A program made the translations under genes and the position numbers. The notes under the pieces were generated by a model, which searched no databases, was not told where the DNA came from, and was given only the letters and a program-made list of their open reading frames with translations. A DNA stretch of 62,140 nt, the filler included, from Nemertoderma westbladi (taxonomy: Eukaryota > Animalia > Xenacoelomorpha), in assembly GCA_032718475.1 (NCBI GenBank). It is 3 parts of 3 records of this genome, joined end to end, with 100 filler letters (N's around TTAATTAATTAA, not from the genome) between each part and the next. Parts side by side here need not be neighbours in the genome. Positions count along the whole stretch, not along the records: positions 1 to 17,953 come from JAUCBJ010003682.1; positions 18,054 to 46,611 come from JAUCBJ010008824.1; 1 more part is not named here. One strand, given 5' to 3'. This document shows positions 11,831 through 24,024 of the stretch, piece after piece (position 1 is the first letter of the stretch; each line of letters begins with the position of its first letter).

Positions 11831-12518
11831 AACTGCAGAACTGTAATATAGTATTCTCAGCTGGAAATACATTTCTATAAAAATCAATATAATACCACTG
11901 TACAGCAGCGCTGTACTGCAGTGATAACCTGGGATAGTGTGCTGAGCAGTGAGAGACATGTTTAACTTCAGGTGTGTCTCCTGTTCTTACACTGCTACCA
12001 ACAGAAACAGCATGTATTCTGATAGGGTGTTGTCTTAGCAACGATAGGCTGGGCTGAGCTGAGGTGAGGTATGCTAGTGTTTGCTCTAATACAGACAACC
12101 ACCACAAAGGAATGGGGAAATCAGTCAGCCACTGTGAAACCAATAATAATTACCTCTGCCAATTGACTAAGGAGGATATTAGGTTCATAGAAGATTAACG
12201 TTTAATAGCACAAATATGTATTACTGTACATACCACATGTCCAAGGAAGATCGAACAATATGCTAGACCATAGGTCGTATAAAGGTCATTTGGCCTGGGC
12301 AATAACTCTACAGTATTCATTTATATAATCTTTGTTAGTTTGTTGAAATATAAACAAAAAACGTTAATCCCAAATCCCAGATCCCAAAGGACGCGTTGTT
12401 AAACTAAGACCCGTCAGCGGAAACAGCCAGAGCCGCTAGTCGGTGGGGTTGACTTGTTGAGGAGAGGCGTAAGGAATTTCGCATTGCTTATCTTCTTCAG
12501 AGAACCAATAATGGCAGA

Positions 12519-12900
12519 TCCCAAATTCCTTATTCCCAAATCCCAAATACCTTAATTCCAAATCCCAAATACCTTAATCCCAAATCCCTTATTCCCAAAT
12601 CCCAAATACCGTATTCCCAAATCCCAAATACCTTAATCCCAAATACCTTATTCCCAAATCCCAAATACCTTATTCCCAAATCCCAAATACCTTATTCCCA
12701 AATCCCAAATACCTTATTCCCAAATCCCAAATACCTTATTCCCAAATCCCAAATACCTTATTCCCAAATCCAAAATACCTTATTCCCAAATCCCAAACAC
12801 CTTATTCCCAAATCCCAAATACCTTATTCCAAATACCTTATTCCCAAATCCCAAATTCCTTATTCCCAAATTCCTTATTACCAAAATCCAAATCCCAAAT
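12519..12900. repeat. 22-bp minisatellite (CCCAAATCCCAAATACCTTATT)n
   Basis: Read directly. Confidence 0.95.
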
Positions 12901-15281
12901 TCACCATTTCTGGGATTTGCGTCCAGTTTCCCCTGGAGAGATATTTTTATGTGTGTGTCCAGTTTCCCCCCCTATCTGCATTATAGATACTTACTGGGAC
13001 CGATGTAGCGTATAGTTGGGTAACCCATAATATCATTATCTTCTCCTATACTATGATACCGCGCCGCATCCACTTTCGCTACAAATATATCCCCGCGACG
13101 TCTGTAGTAAGCGCCAACGCGCTCCCAAATAGGAGACAGCTGTCTACGGATGCAGGAAAGTCATTAAATTAACAATAGCAATATTTAATAATAAGCATTT
13201 ACTTAGGCCTGTTCATTGAGCAAACAATTAATAACTGTTCCAGAAATCAGTGTCAGATCAGAATACGACGACGACACAATACGAATGTGATTTTGAATAT
13301 CACATGTAGAGAATGTGGAACGAGGAATCCTCACTCCTACCCAACCCTTGTCTACCGGTAATGGAATAAAATAAGCTGAGGTATAAAGGTACGGTACATT
13401 TTCTCACTACTTTTGCAGTTTCTTATTAATTCCATAATAAAATAACAATTCGATAAAAATATATTTATATATATTATTATATATATATTATTACATCATA
13501 AAGTAAAGTGAATAAAAAATACTTACACCTACTTAAAATCCCTGGCGCGTAGCGGGACCCGGACGGTAGGGCGTAGACCTATCTGCCTGTCTGCCTATAG
13601 GAAGGATATGCCTCTACTACGATGAGACGATACGATATACAGATATGGGGCAGTGGGGTACCGGTACGATACCAGGATACTTACCGACAATAGCCACAAT
13701 CAGGTGAATAGAACATTACGAGTAAAGGTTTGTGAATGCCATGAAGTTCATCCCGCTTCTCCGCAAAATTGAATCCAATATCAGGAACTTGGGAGTTACC
13801 TGTGAGAGAAAAAAATTATTCGTGAAGTAGGTAGGGCAGGCAGACCGGCATCGTATACCGCAGTAAGTAAGTACCGATACGAATACCATCAGACCGTCTG
13901 ATCGTACTATCAGACTATTACTGTAGGTAGCCTTAGCCAATTAGAAGATATTACTGTATTAGGCCAACACAATTACAGTATTGTATTAGCACTGTAGCAT
14001 ACAGCACTTGTAATAAAAATGTAATATAGGCCTACTGGCCTAGGCCTACTCACTGTACGTACAGCGACAGCCGTATGCATATATCTGTATCCTATGGGAA
14101 ACAGTATCTGAATAACAAGGAGACGACCCTCCCCTCACGCTAACCCTACTTCCAATGACAGACTGCCCAGCCCTACCTGTATTATCATCAAATCCCTGCG
14201 ACCGGGAAGTTTGTAGAAAAAGGATGAGGATCACAGGCACAGCTACAATTGCATGGATTCTGAATGAAGACTTAAATCGGCTTATCCGTAAAGACACGAA
14301 AGATGTAAAGGATATTGATAATAGAAGCATGGTGTCTGTCAGTCTGTAAGTAGGCCTACTGAAGGCCTAGTTCTGTAGTTAGTAACTGAGTAGAGTATGG
14401 AGTAGCCTAGGCCTATTGAGTAACCAGCCCTCTTTTGTCTTTGGTGTTCACAGTCCAACTCAAACAGTCACTCTTCTGTCTTCACCAATTAAGTTCAGAA
14501 GTGTTTGGTCTAGACAGCTAGAGAGAGATGTGCAGCTTTTGACAGTTAGGCTACTGGGCTATGTCTGTATGTGTCGTGTTCAGGTGTTAGTGTGTACGGT
14601 ACAGTATGCCTACTGCTGTACTGCAGTAGGGTAGGAGTGTTATCATTCCAGATAAAATCTGGGAGTGTTAGCTGGTTAGTGTGAGATGGCTGGATGGGAT
14701 GGGGGTGGCGGGTGATGCCACCAACACGGTTCTTGAGGCACAGTGACAAACACCTTTCCTCAGTCTGCCAATGGCCATTTTCGGACCGATTTGTCTCAAA
14801 TTTCACACAGACAGACAGACACTCTCTGGTACCTATGTGTAACTTCATAGAAGAAAAACAATTTAAATTAGGGGATTTTCCGCTTCGAGCAGCGCGATAG
14901 AAAATCATGAGTTTGATAGCTTATTGTCCGCTAATTTCAAATAACCGCCCAGCGTGAATAGTTTACAGATAATGCCTTTTCAGATAGTATTGTTTGCCTG
15001 TTTTCATATGTGCACCATTTCCTCAATTGTCCTTCAATTTGCCGGAAAATCTACAGACAGACACTCCAGGTTGTGTATTTAATGTAATATGTAAATTTTA
15101 CGGATGCCAGAGAACGATGTGCCCTTCCGCAGCACGTGAAAAACACTGTCTTTTCTAGAAAAATACTTCTGAATTTAACCACTGCACTTGTACTGTAGGT
15201 ACTTGGTACTACTGCTGTACTGCGAGGTGCGACTGCCCTCTGCCAGTACCAGACAACCACACTACAGCACTATCGGGCCGG

Positions 15282-17640
15282 TGTATAAGGCTGAGATAAC
15301 TCCCTCTTGAAATGACTCCCCTGTCATCTCAGCCTAGGCTATAAGAACACTCCTCAGTTGTCTCAGTCTACTGTAGGCTGGGAACACTCACCAGTTATCT
15401 CAGCCTAGACGCTGAGAACACTCCCCAGTTATCTCAGCCTAGGCTGAGAACATACTCCCCTTAGGCTCCCCTATGATTCCCCTATTTGAGTTATAATTTA
15501 TATCTGTACCTGTGTTATTTTCGTATATTGCACAAATAAAACTGTAAACTATGTTATGGAGATATCGTTTATTGTTTTGGTTAGAAAACCCCTCCACTGT
15601 AACCTGCTCCTTTCTACTACTAGGATCGGCATGCTGCATTGCAGCTGCATTTCTAAGAGTACTGTGCTGGCTTGTCGACAAAATTACGCCGCCACACCAC
15701 AACTCCCTATCACCCATGACATTTGCTAGATCATCCGCATCTTCAAGGCCCAGTGTCCTTTAAGATGCGTCTCAAGAAAGTCATGGGCTGTCCACCATGC
15801 TTATTCACTCCATGAGGCTGCCAAAGCACAAGATTATGCACTGGTAGGTGCTCACGGCGAAAGCAATGTCCTGCAAAAGCGGGGGCAACTTTGTTGTAGT
15901 GTCATTAAGCTTGGGGGAACCAATGAGACACCTCCAATGTTATACTGTATAGTTTCTGGTTGGAGATGTGTGCATTGTACTTGACACAATGAACCCGGCG
16001 TAGCATTCTGGTGAATGTGCCATCAAGAGATTTGGTGTCCTCAGCAGTTAGAGCCCAGCATAGACTCCCATAGAGGAGTACGGAACTACTGCTGCTCTAA
16101 ATAATCGGACCTTAAGTTTCCGATTAATTCTCTGTGAATCCAAATCCTTTAAAGCCTATTCAAGGCTGCCTATGCCTTGTTCCCTTACGTATTCGAAGGT
16201 CCTCACCTGACTTCCGGATCCATGATCCCAGGTAATAGAAGTCGTCCACATGCTCAAGCATACCATCCTTTGAGCTTATGCTTATCCGGTCAGAGACTTG
16301 CTGAGGACTTTCAAAGTTAACTGTCAAAATTTTGGTCTTTATGGAGTTAATAAAAAGACCAACACTAGAAGCAGCCTGTTCTAATGAGCTGAGGAGCCGT
16401 TGGGCTCCCTCTAGCAGTCTAGTGATTCTGAGACTACTCCTAAGTCATCAGCAAAGTCTAGATCAGTTAGGTACTTGGCAGGATTTCCTCGACTTCTGGA
16501 GCCAGTAGGTGGAGTTATCATCATCCCATGATCATTGTGTCAGTATGATAATCTAAGGACATGCGTAGAACATAGTCAACCATAATTATGAACAAGAATG
16601 GCGCAAGTGTGTCTCCTTGGAGGACGCCCCATAACACTTCAAATGGTTCTGTGTCACCGTCAACAGTAGACACAAATGTTGTCGAACCATCGTATACTGA
16701 TCTGATTGCTGCAATAATTTCATCAGGAATCCCATATAATGAAAGTATGCTGAACATACATGAGCGAGAGACTGAATCAAAGACCTTGAAGAAGTCAATA
16801 AAGATAACAGTCAGATGCCTGTCTTTCTTTTCTGATATCTCTTCAATTATCCTTCTAAGTGCCAAAATGGGCTCCATGGTCCCACGACCTTTACGGAACC
16901 CATTCTGATTTCCACGGAGCAGTCTCTCAATGGGATCCCTGATGCGATTTAATAGAATTCTATTGTATAGCTTTGCAGCAATCGAGATCAGTGAGATTCC
17001 CCGAAAAGAACCATAGTGTGTTAGGTTGCCCTTCTTGGGAACTGGCACCAACTTATTTGTTTCATTTCTTGTGGGACTCTTGTCTGCTTGTTGTTCTGTA
17101 CATGTCTACTACTGTATGATGGGATAGATGAGCTTTAAACACTCAGGTATTTTAAAGACCTCAGGGGGAACACTATCTACTCCACTCAGCCACTGGCACG
17201 ATTGGTCTTAATGCTCTTCCTTGCGGACTGCAAAGGAGATATCGCCAATGGGAATATCTGGGAGTACAAACTCAGACACTTTTACTTCTATAAAGTTATC
17301 AGGCAATACCCTGTCATTATTGAGGAGCTTTTCAAAGAGGGCGTTCAACCATTGAGGCGATCGGCTGGTGATTCTGCCTTCCTTAACCTTGGTGGTTGGT
17401 TAGCTTTTCCGCCAATTAAGCAAGTTGATCGATTTCCATGCCTGGGAGTAGAAAAAACTGTAATCTATGTTATTGAGATACCGTTAATTGTTTTGGTTAG
17501 AAAAGCCCGCCACTGTTACCTGCTCCTTTCCGTTAATTAAGAAATCTAGGCTAGGGAGAAAACTGGGGAGTGTTCTCAGCCTAGGCTGAGAAGACTGGGG
17601 AGTTTTATATTTGGTGGGGAATTATCTCAGCCTGTTTACA
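15282..17640. mobile_element. Ginger1-like non-autonomous DNA transposon interrupted by an RTE LINE
   Basis: TGT...ACA termini, imperfect TIRs TGTA(T/AAC)AGGCTGAGATAA(C/T)TCCC, CCGG on both sides (15278-15281, 17641-17644), and subterminal palindromic CTCAGCCTAGGCTGAG repeats at both ends. Confidence 0.7.
15614..17450 (-). mobile_element. 5'-truncated RTE-clade non-LTR retrotransposon (degenerate RT)
   Basis: PVPKKG..FRGISL, QNGFRKGRGT, FIDF.K.FDSV, GVLQGDTLAPFLF and LDFADD motifs; frameshifts; 3' (TAG)n tail at 15614. Confidence 0.92.
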
Positions 17641-17953
17641 CCGGTACCTACTGTGCTGTATGCTAAATCAAGTATTGTTTTATTATTACTACTATTAATA
17701 AATAAAATAAAAACGTTAATAAATAAAACTTTCAAATAATTAGATTTTCTTAATAAGGGCAGAGAGGAATCAACAAAACTATGAAAAAGAAAGTGGTTTT
17801 GCTATGGGACGTAGCTGAATCAAACAAAACTTTTTGAAAAAAGTATAAGTGGTTTCGCCACGGGCATAGGGGGAATCGATCAAAAAATGTCTTACCATTG
17901 TGCCTCAAATGTGATATAGCCCCTCCAAACACTCCTGGAGGAAACTACACTGT

Positions 17954-18053
17954 NNNNNNNNNNNNNNNNNNNNNNNNNNNNNNNNNNNNNNNNNNNNTTA
18001 ATTAATTAANNNNNNNNNNNNNNNNNNNNNNNNNNNNNNNNNNNNNNNNNNNN
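17954..18053. other. Assembly gap with artificial six-frame stop linker
   Basis: 44 N + TTAATTAATTAA + 44 N, identical to the second gap. Confidence 0.97.
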
Positions 18054-19472
18054 GAAAATGACTCTTGCTAGCTTTAAAAAACTGCGTAAACGCCGTCCGC
18101 GCAAGAAAGACTAACTGTTTAGAGTATTTTTATATTTTAGAAACTGTGATTTTGTATATTTTATAGACTTAAATCCCATTTTCTGGGAGCGGTGTAAAAG
18201 CTTTTGTGGGATAACTGATTCGTTTGCCTTGTTGGCCAGTTCCCCCCCGGTCGCTAGAATACTCTCAAGGGGATCTATAGCTAAAATAGTGCAAGCTACC
18301 AGCTTATTGGCTGATTTGCTGTACGCAGGTATCTGGGCTCTGTTTAATCGGCCAACCAGCCTAGGAAGGTTGCGTCATAGCCTTGTTTTTGTATCTCCCA
18401 ATAGAATTTGAGTTAGCCTTGATTTTGACCTATCACAGAGCTACTGAACTGAAATTTTCCTATCTCACTGCTCTTTCTCTGTGTTGAACGGGAGCTTCGT
18501 GGAATAAGGGTAGTTGGTATCCTCGTATAGAGTAGTAGTCACGAGTTTTTCAAAGCCACGAAAGAACGGCTTTGTAGTGTTTTGTGCTTTCTGCTTTTTA
18601 GCTCAACACTAGTAGGTTTAATTATAAGGACATATATCCTTTAACGCATTTACCACACACCACACACGGCTTTTAATAACTGACGTATAACTGCTGAAAC
18701 TGCTAAAATTACCTGCTCAATCGATACTGTATACTGCTATTTGTTTGTCGGTTATTCATTATATTTGTTGATGAATTATTATATTGGAATAACGAGAAAT
18801 AACCCCGAAAACCCAATATTCTTGATATACCGAAGGTAAGAGAGAAAGGTTACCAATAACGATTGTGACTTATGTTAAAGTGGTTTGAAGTGAATCTAAT
18901 GTTATTTGATAGACCCTACATGAGTCAGTCTGTGTTCCTTTTATATGTGACTAAAATCAGTGAAGATTGGCAGATTAGTGTGCAGTATTGTGCAGCATTG
19001 TGTATGAGTGAGTCTGTTAAAGAAGCATTTCCTAAAGAATGCGCCATATATGTGAATTATAATTAAGCCATATCGTTGTGAGTAGTTTAAGTCATAACTC
19101 TGTTTATATAAATAAAGCGCCACGTCCTAAAGGAACTGTTAATATTCCCTACGGTGAATAATATTGTCAGAGATTATATAATACTGTCAGTCGAATAATA
19201 CATTAGGCTTACATAGCAATAAAATTAAGCCGTCGAACCCAATCTCCCGGGAATATCCAGTGGGTGAATGATCGCGCACAGATTGGTTTCGACTAGTGTA
19301 GTGAATCAAATACTTGTCATAAGCTAAAAAGCGATTTAATATCTAGAAGACATCTTAATTTGGCGGGTTAAACTGCCAAAGGTCTGAAAGCGCGAACATA
19401 CAGTGTAGGAAGAAATTTTAAAAAAAAAATCTTTGTTTAGATGAAAGGTCGGCTTGAAAGTAAGGTACTTTG

Positions 19473-20168
19473 CCATTGAAAGCACTGACTGCCTGATACT
19501 TCCAATGGAAAGCACTGACTGCCTGATACTTCCAATGGAAAGCACTGACTGCCCGATATTTCCAATGGAAAGCACTGACTGTCCGATACTTCCAATGGAA
19601 AGCACTGACTGCCCGATACTTCCAATGGAAAGCACTGACTGCCCGATACTTCCAATGGAAAGCACTGACTGCCCGATATTTCCAATGGAAAGCAATGACT
19701 GCCTGATACTTCCAATGGAAAGCACTGGCTGCCCGATACTTCCAATGGAAAACACTGACTGCCCGATACTTCCAATGGAAAGCACTGACTGCCCAATGCT
19801 TTCAATGGAAAGCACTGACTGCCCGATACTTCCAATGGAAAGCACTGACTGCCTGATACTTCCAATGCAAAGCACTGACTGCCAGATACTTCCAATGGAA
19901 AACACTGACTGCCCGATGCTTTCAATGCAAAGCACTGACTGCCAGATACTTCCAATGAAAAACACTGACTGCCCGATGCTTTCAATAGAAAGCACTGACT
20001 GTCCGATACTTCCAATGGAAACCAGTGACTGCCCGATACTTCCAATGGAAAGCACTGACTGCCCGATACTTCCAATGGAAAGCACTGACTGTCCGATACT
20101 TCCAATAGAAAGCACTGACTCCCCGATACTTCCAATGGAAAGAACTGACTGCCCGATGCTTTCAATGG
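19473..20168. repeat. 30-bp minisatellite, about 23 copies
   Basis: Unit CCAATGGAAAGCACTGACTGCCCGATACTT. Confidence 0.95.
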
Positions 20169-20499
20169 CAATTTCCCTACTTCCTAAACCATCAATGATT
20201 ATTGATACATGCATTATTTTTTATATTTTTTCAACTTTTTTATATTTCATTGATCCTTCCAAGCTTGATACCTACTGAGCCGCCCCCGTAAGGCCCAGTC
20301 TGTGCATGATCAGATCATAATATCATCAGATCATAAGCATAAGATCATGATACTTTGACCTATTATGCTTTGACAGCCTTATGGAAAGAATGGGTAATGT
20401 CTCAGCCCATTACTTTTTTGAGGCACCTCTTATCCTGAAATAAAGTAAAAGTTATCTTCGTTATTTAGGCCAGGGATTACGTACAAATTCTCACAGGAC

Positions 20500-20680
20500 T
20501 TATTTCCTGTGCGGTCCCCACAGAACTATACTCCCCAGTAGAAACTGGTACTCATTTAACATTTAACTACCATTTACGGATACAAGGCAAAGATACGCTC
20601 TGGCTAGTCCCTTTAAAGCAATCATGCCAAATCCATAACTACCCATGCAGGGATCGAACCCATGACCTCCGGAGAGACAA
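20500..20680 (-). mobile_element. tRNA-derived SINE fragment
   Basis: Minus strand has B box GGTTCGATCCC (about 20650-20660) and downstream AAATGAGTACCAG, resembling the conserved Nin-type SINE central motif. Confidence 0.5.
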
Positions 20681-21643
20681 GAATTCAAATCAACGGATTT
20701 AAAAAAATTACGCCAAAACTTGAAGGACACTGCCTAGTAGATCTCTAGACTCTAGCGGCGGATATTCTCGCGAAAAGTCATGGGCAATTTTATCGATAAG
20801 TCGACATAGCTTATATAGATTATATATAAATAGACAGCAACCAATGAAAATTAAGCCACAGAATGGCCACAGCGGGAAATTTAAAACTCTGCATTTATGA
20901 CTCTGTAGTACAACACTGCAGACCGTAGTTGTGTTACTGCACGTACTGTGTTAGGAGTACAGTTCAGTTTACGCAGTTTGGTACCGTATTGGTCATGTTA
21001 TTTATTAGTATGGGAAGTTCTGAAATTAGTGAAAAATAGTTAACATCATAATTAATTTTTTAGCACACCCCCAAGCCAAGGCTTGGCTGCTTGGCGGTGT
21101 GCTTGAGTCTCAGAGTACCGGTACCCATATTCCATACATGCGCTGCCCTGCCCTACCGTCTACCGGTAGTCCTTTTTTTTATTTTATACTGACCATTGAC
21201 CTGATTACTACATTACCGCTACTATATTACCGCTGGGACCGTCTGGCCGTTGTTCATCTTCATGTTAAACTCAAGACAAGATGTAGATAGGCCTACTAGA
21301 TAATGTCACTGATTAAATTTGAAATGACCTCTACTGCTCTACAAGTTGTGCTGGATGATTTGGCCATCATTGAATAAGTTGGTTATACACGAGCGATGTT
21401 GGATGCAAGCTCGACGCTGACAATGTGATACGATGTAAATTACCTCTATCGCATAGGTATAGTTGATAAGGGCCGCGCTAGTGTATATTAATATTAATAG
21501 GCTGATAGGCATATAGGATTGCGGTATTGTTTTAAAAGAAACTTAATACTTAATAGTACTTTTAATCTCTTATTTCTGCATTCGTACAATACTTTAATAT
21601 AAATATTAATGTAATTAATATAAACTTATTATTTCTACCAGTA

Positions 21644-23755
21644 ATGGAAATAAGCGCCGCTCAACAGGAACGTATCCAGCGAAACCGTGAGGCAGCCTTG
21701 GCCAAACGATTGGAGAAAAACCGAGATAATGGTTCACAAGGAGGCTTATGTCTGAGTCCACTTCCTCCGTCGACTAGCAGTAATCTCACATCAAACTTTA
21801 AACCTCAAAGTTTCTACCATTCTCCTGCACCGGTAGCTCCTCTAGGCCTAGCGAATAATTCAAGATGGCCACAACCCGCGACCAGTGGTGTATTCGCCCA
21901 TCGTAACGCGAACCTAAGTCGCTCGATTGGACTATTTAACTCCCCACGCCCCGTTGGAGTAGGCCTAGTCCAAAAACAACCACATCCATCCGCGGTCGTC
22001 GTTAAAGGTTGTTGCAGTCTGGAGTCACGCGCACGATTCATGGTGTTGGTTTCCTACAATAAGGAACTTATCGATTTGTTTAAAACAATGAAGACTCGAG
22101 TTTACAACCCAGAAACAAAGAATTGGTCTTTCGATCTCTCGGAATACAATTCGCTGATGACGAAAATTCAACCAATGAAACCGGGTGTCATCGTCACTCC
22201 ATTATCTAAGGTGGTCTTACGTATTTTTAACGATCAACTTAGAGGTAAAAATTGTTCTACTGATTTAAAAAAGCCTCCTGATGCTAATTTGGACGCGGTA
22301 GACCAAACATTAGTAACTCGATTAATGCCGTTCCAGAGACAGGCTATTAACTTCGCAGTAGCCAATGGGGGCCGTTGTCTGCTGGCCGATGAAATGGGAT
22401 TGGGTAAAACATTCCAGGCCCTTGGAGTGGCGGGTTATTACCGCTCTGATTGGCCCTTGTTGATTGTGTGCCCATCTACACTGAGGGACACATGGGCACA
22501 AACGATTGGTCGATTAATGCCATCTGTTGCCAACTTACAAGTTCTTTATACCGGCAAAGATCCCATTAATAAGAAATCTGAAGTAATCATCCTTAGCTAT
22601 GAGCTGTTAACGCAATTAAAATCCGAGTTAAAATTTTGTAATTTTATTATTTTCGACGAAGCTCATCAATTGAAAAGCTCTAAAGCCGAACGTACCAAAG
22701 CGGCTACACCGCTGTGTAAGTCGGCCAGACGTGTCCTTCTGCTGACTGGCACCCCTGCACTATCCCGCCCAAAGGAACTTTACTCCCTAATTAATTGCAT
22801 AAACTCAAAACTATTTGCGAATCTCCATGAATTCGGGGAGCGATATTGCGACGCTAAACTGGAACAGTGGGGTTGGAATTACGAGGGTTGCAGCAACATG
22901 CAGGAACTCAAGTTAATCCTCGATCATAATTTAATGATTCGACGCGTTAAAGAGAATATATTAACGGAATTACCTATGAAAGGTCGACATACGATAGTGG
23001 TCGACACTGGTGATCTGGATCTAACCGATAGTTTAACCGACGCGGAGAAATTCCTTAACAAGTCGTCGCTCCATGGTGCCGAGAAACGGGGAGCTTTGTT
23101 GTCGTTCTTTGCGGAGACTGCAGTGGCAAAATTGGACGCGGTAGAAAAGTGTATCAGAGATAAACTCTCCTTGGAAGACAAGATTATAGTGTTCGCCCAT
23201 CACAAAGCGATGCTGGATCATCTGAATAAAGAGTTATCAAGAGATTTTTCGCTGATACGGATAGACGGAAACACCCCGCCGTCTAAGAGACAGACTTTAG
23301 TGGATTCCTTCCAGCAGGTCGACTCTATTAGACTCGCTCTGCTCTCGATAACAGCTGCGTGCACCGGTATAACGCTGACGGCCGCCGCCACTGTTATATT
23401 CGCCGAGTTATTCTGGAATCCCGGGGTACTGATCCAGGCAGAAGACAGAGTGCATCGAATCGGACAGTTACGGGACGTCAACGTCTATTACGTTGTCGCT
23501 TCAGGGACTGCGGACGACCATATATGGCCTTTATTGAAACATAAACTCAACGTTCTTGGGAAAGTCGGGTTGAATAAAGAAGATTTCTCGACGGCGGAAA
23601 CTCGTCGATCTAGGGACAACGATGAGTTCGATTCGTGCGACGATCATCTGCAGTGGGTCTCGTTGCTTCCTACAGACCCATGGGATGACGGAATGGACTG
23701 GTCAGCATTCATACAAGACTCGGAACCCGACAGAAAGAAACCGAAATTTCATTAA
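21644..23755 (+). CDS. SMARCAL1: SMARCAL1/HARP annealing helicase (SNF2 family), single coding exon, 703 aa
   Basis: N-terminal RPA-binding motif (ERIQRNREAALAKR), one HARP domain (YNKELIDLFKTM...YNPETKNWSF), LADEMGLGKT, DEAH, LTGTPALSRP, RIDG, WNPGVLIQAEDRVHRIGQ and a C-terminal basic NLS-like tail. Confidence 0.95.
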   Translation: MEISAAQQERIQRNREAALAKRLEKNRDNGSQGGLCLSPLPPSTSSNLTSNFKPQSFYHSPAPVAPLGLANNSRWPQPATSGVFAHRNANLSRSIGLFNSPRPVGVGLVQKQPHPSAVVVKGCCSLESRARFMVLVSYNKELIDLFKTMKTRVYNPETKNWSFDLSEYNSLMTKIQPMKPGVIVTPLSKVVLRIFNDQLRGKNCSTDLKKPPDANLDAVDQTLVTRLMPFQRQAINFAVANGGRCLLADEMGLGKTFQALGVAGYYRSDWPLLIVCPSTLRDTWAQTIGRLMPSVANLQVLYTGKDPINKKSEVIILSYELLTQLKSELKFCNFIIFDEAHQLKSSKAERTKAATPLCKSARRVLLLTGTPALSRPKELYSLINCINSKLFANLHEFGERYCDAKLEQWGWNYEGCSNMQELKLILDHNLMIRRVKENILTELPMKGRHTIVVDTGDLDLTDSLTDAEKFLNKSSLHGAEKRGALLSFFAETAVAKLDAVEKCIRDKLSLEDKIIVFAHHKAMLDHLNKELSRDFSLIRIDGNTPPSKRQTLVDSFQQVDSIRLALLSITAACTGITLTAAATVIFAELFWNPGVLIQAEDRVHRIGQLRDVNVYYVVASGTADDHIWPLLKHKLNVLGKVGLNKEDFSTAETRRSRDNDEFDSCDDHLQWVSLLPTDPWDDGMDWSAFIQDSEPDRKKPKFH

Positions 23756-24024
23756 ATATTTTATTTTTACTGATTTTTCTTATATTAATTAATTAAAAGA
23801 GAGTATGGTTCATCCATACAGGTACACGCCGCCGTAATATATCTACCATGACCGACCCTAACCCTAAGTCGTAATCTAAGAAATTTAGCTTCAATTTTAT
23901 CGATTATATAATTATATGAAGTGGGTTAGTGGGTTACAATGAACATACGGTCCTCACAAAAAAAGTTATCTCAACCTTAGCGGTATCTTACTGAACCTAA
24001 TATGGGACTTTGACATTAACCCTT

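Noticed and set aside
11820-12520. GC-richer segments that might be upstream exons of the KDZ gene
   Set aside because: No recognisable motifs or consistent splice model.
17954-18053. TTAATTAATTAA island within N runs (also 46612-46711)
   Set aside because: Identical 44N-12-44N design with stops in all six frames: a scaffolding linker, not biology.
18054-19130. Possible LTR or retroelement UTR
   Set aside because: No TG...CA pair, PBS, PPT or second copy could be identified.
19336-20278. Three long overlapping repeat ORFs (SIGSIGQSVL, PMESTDCPIL, EVSGSQCFPL)
   Set aside because: A 30-bp unit lacking stops in several frames explains them; there is no non-repetitive coding context.
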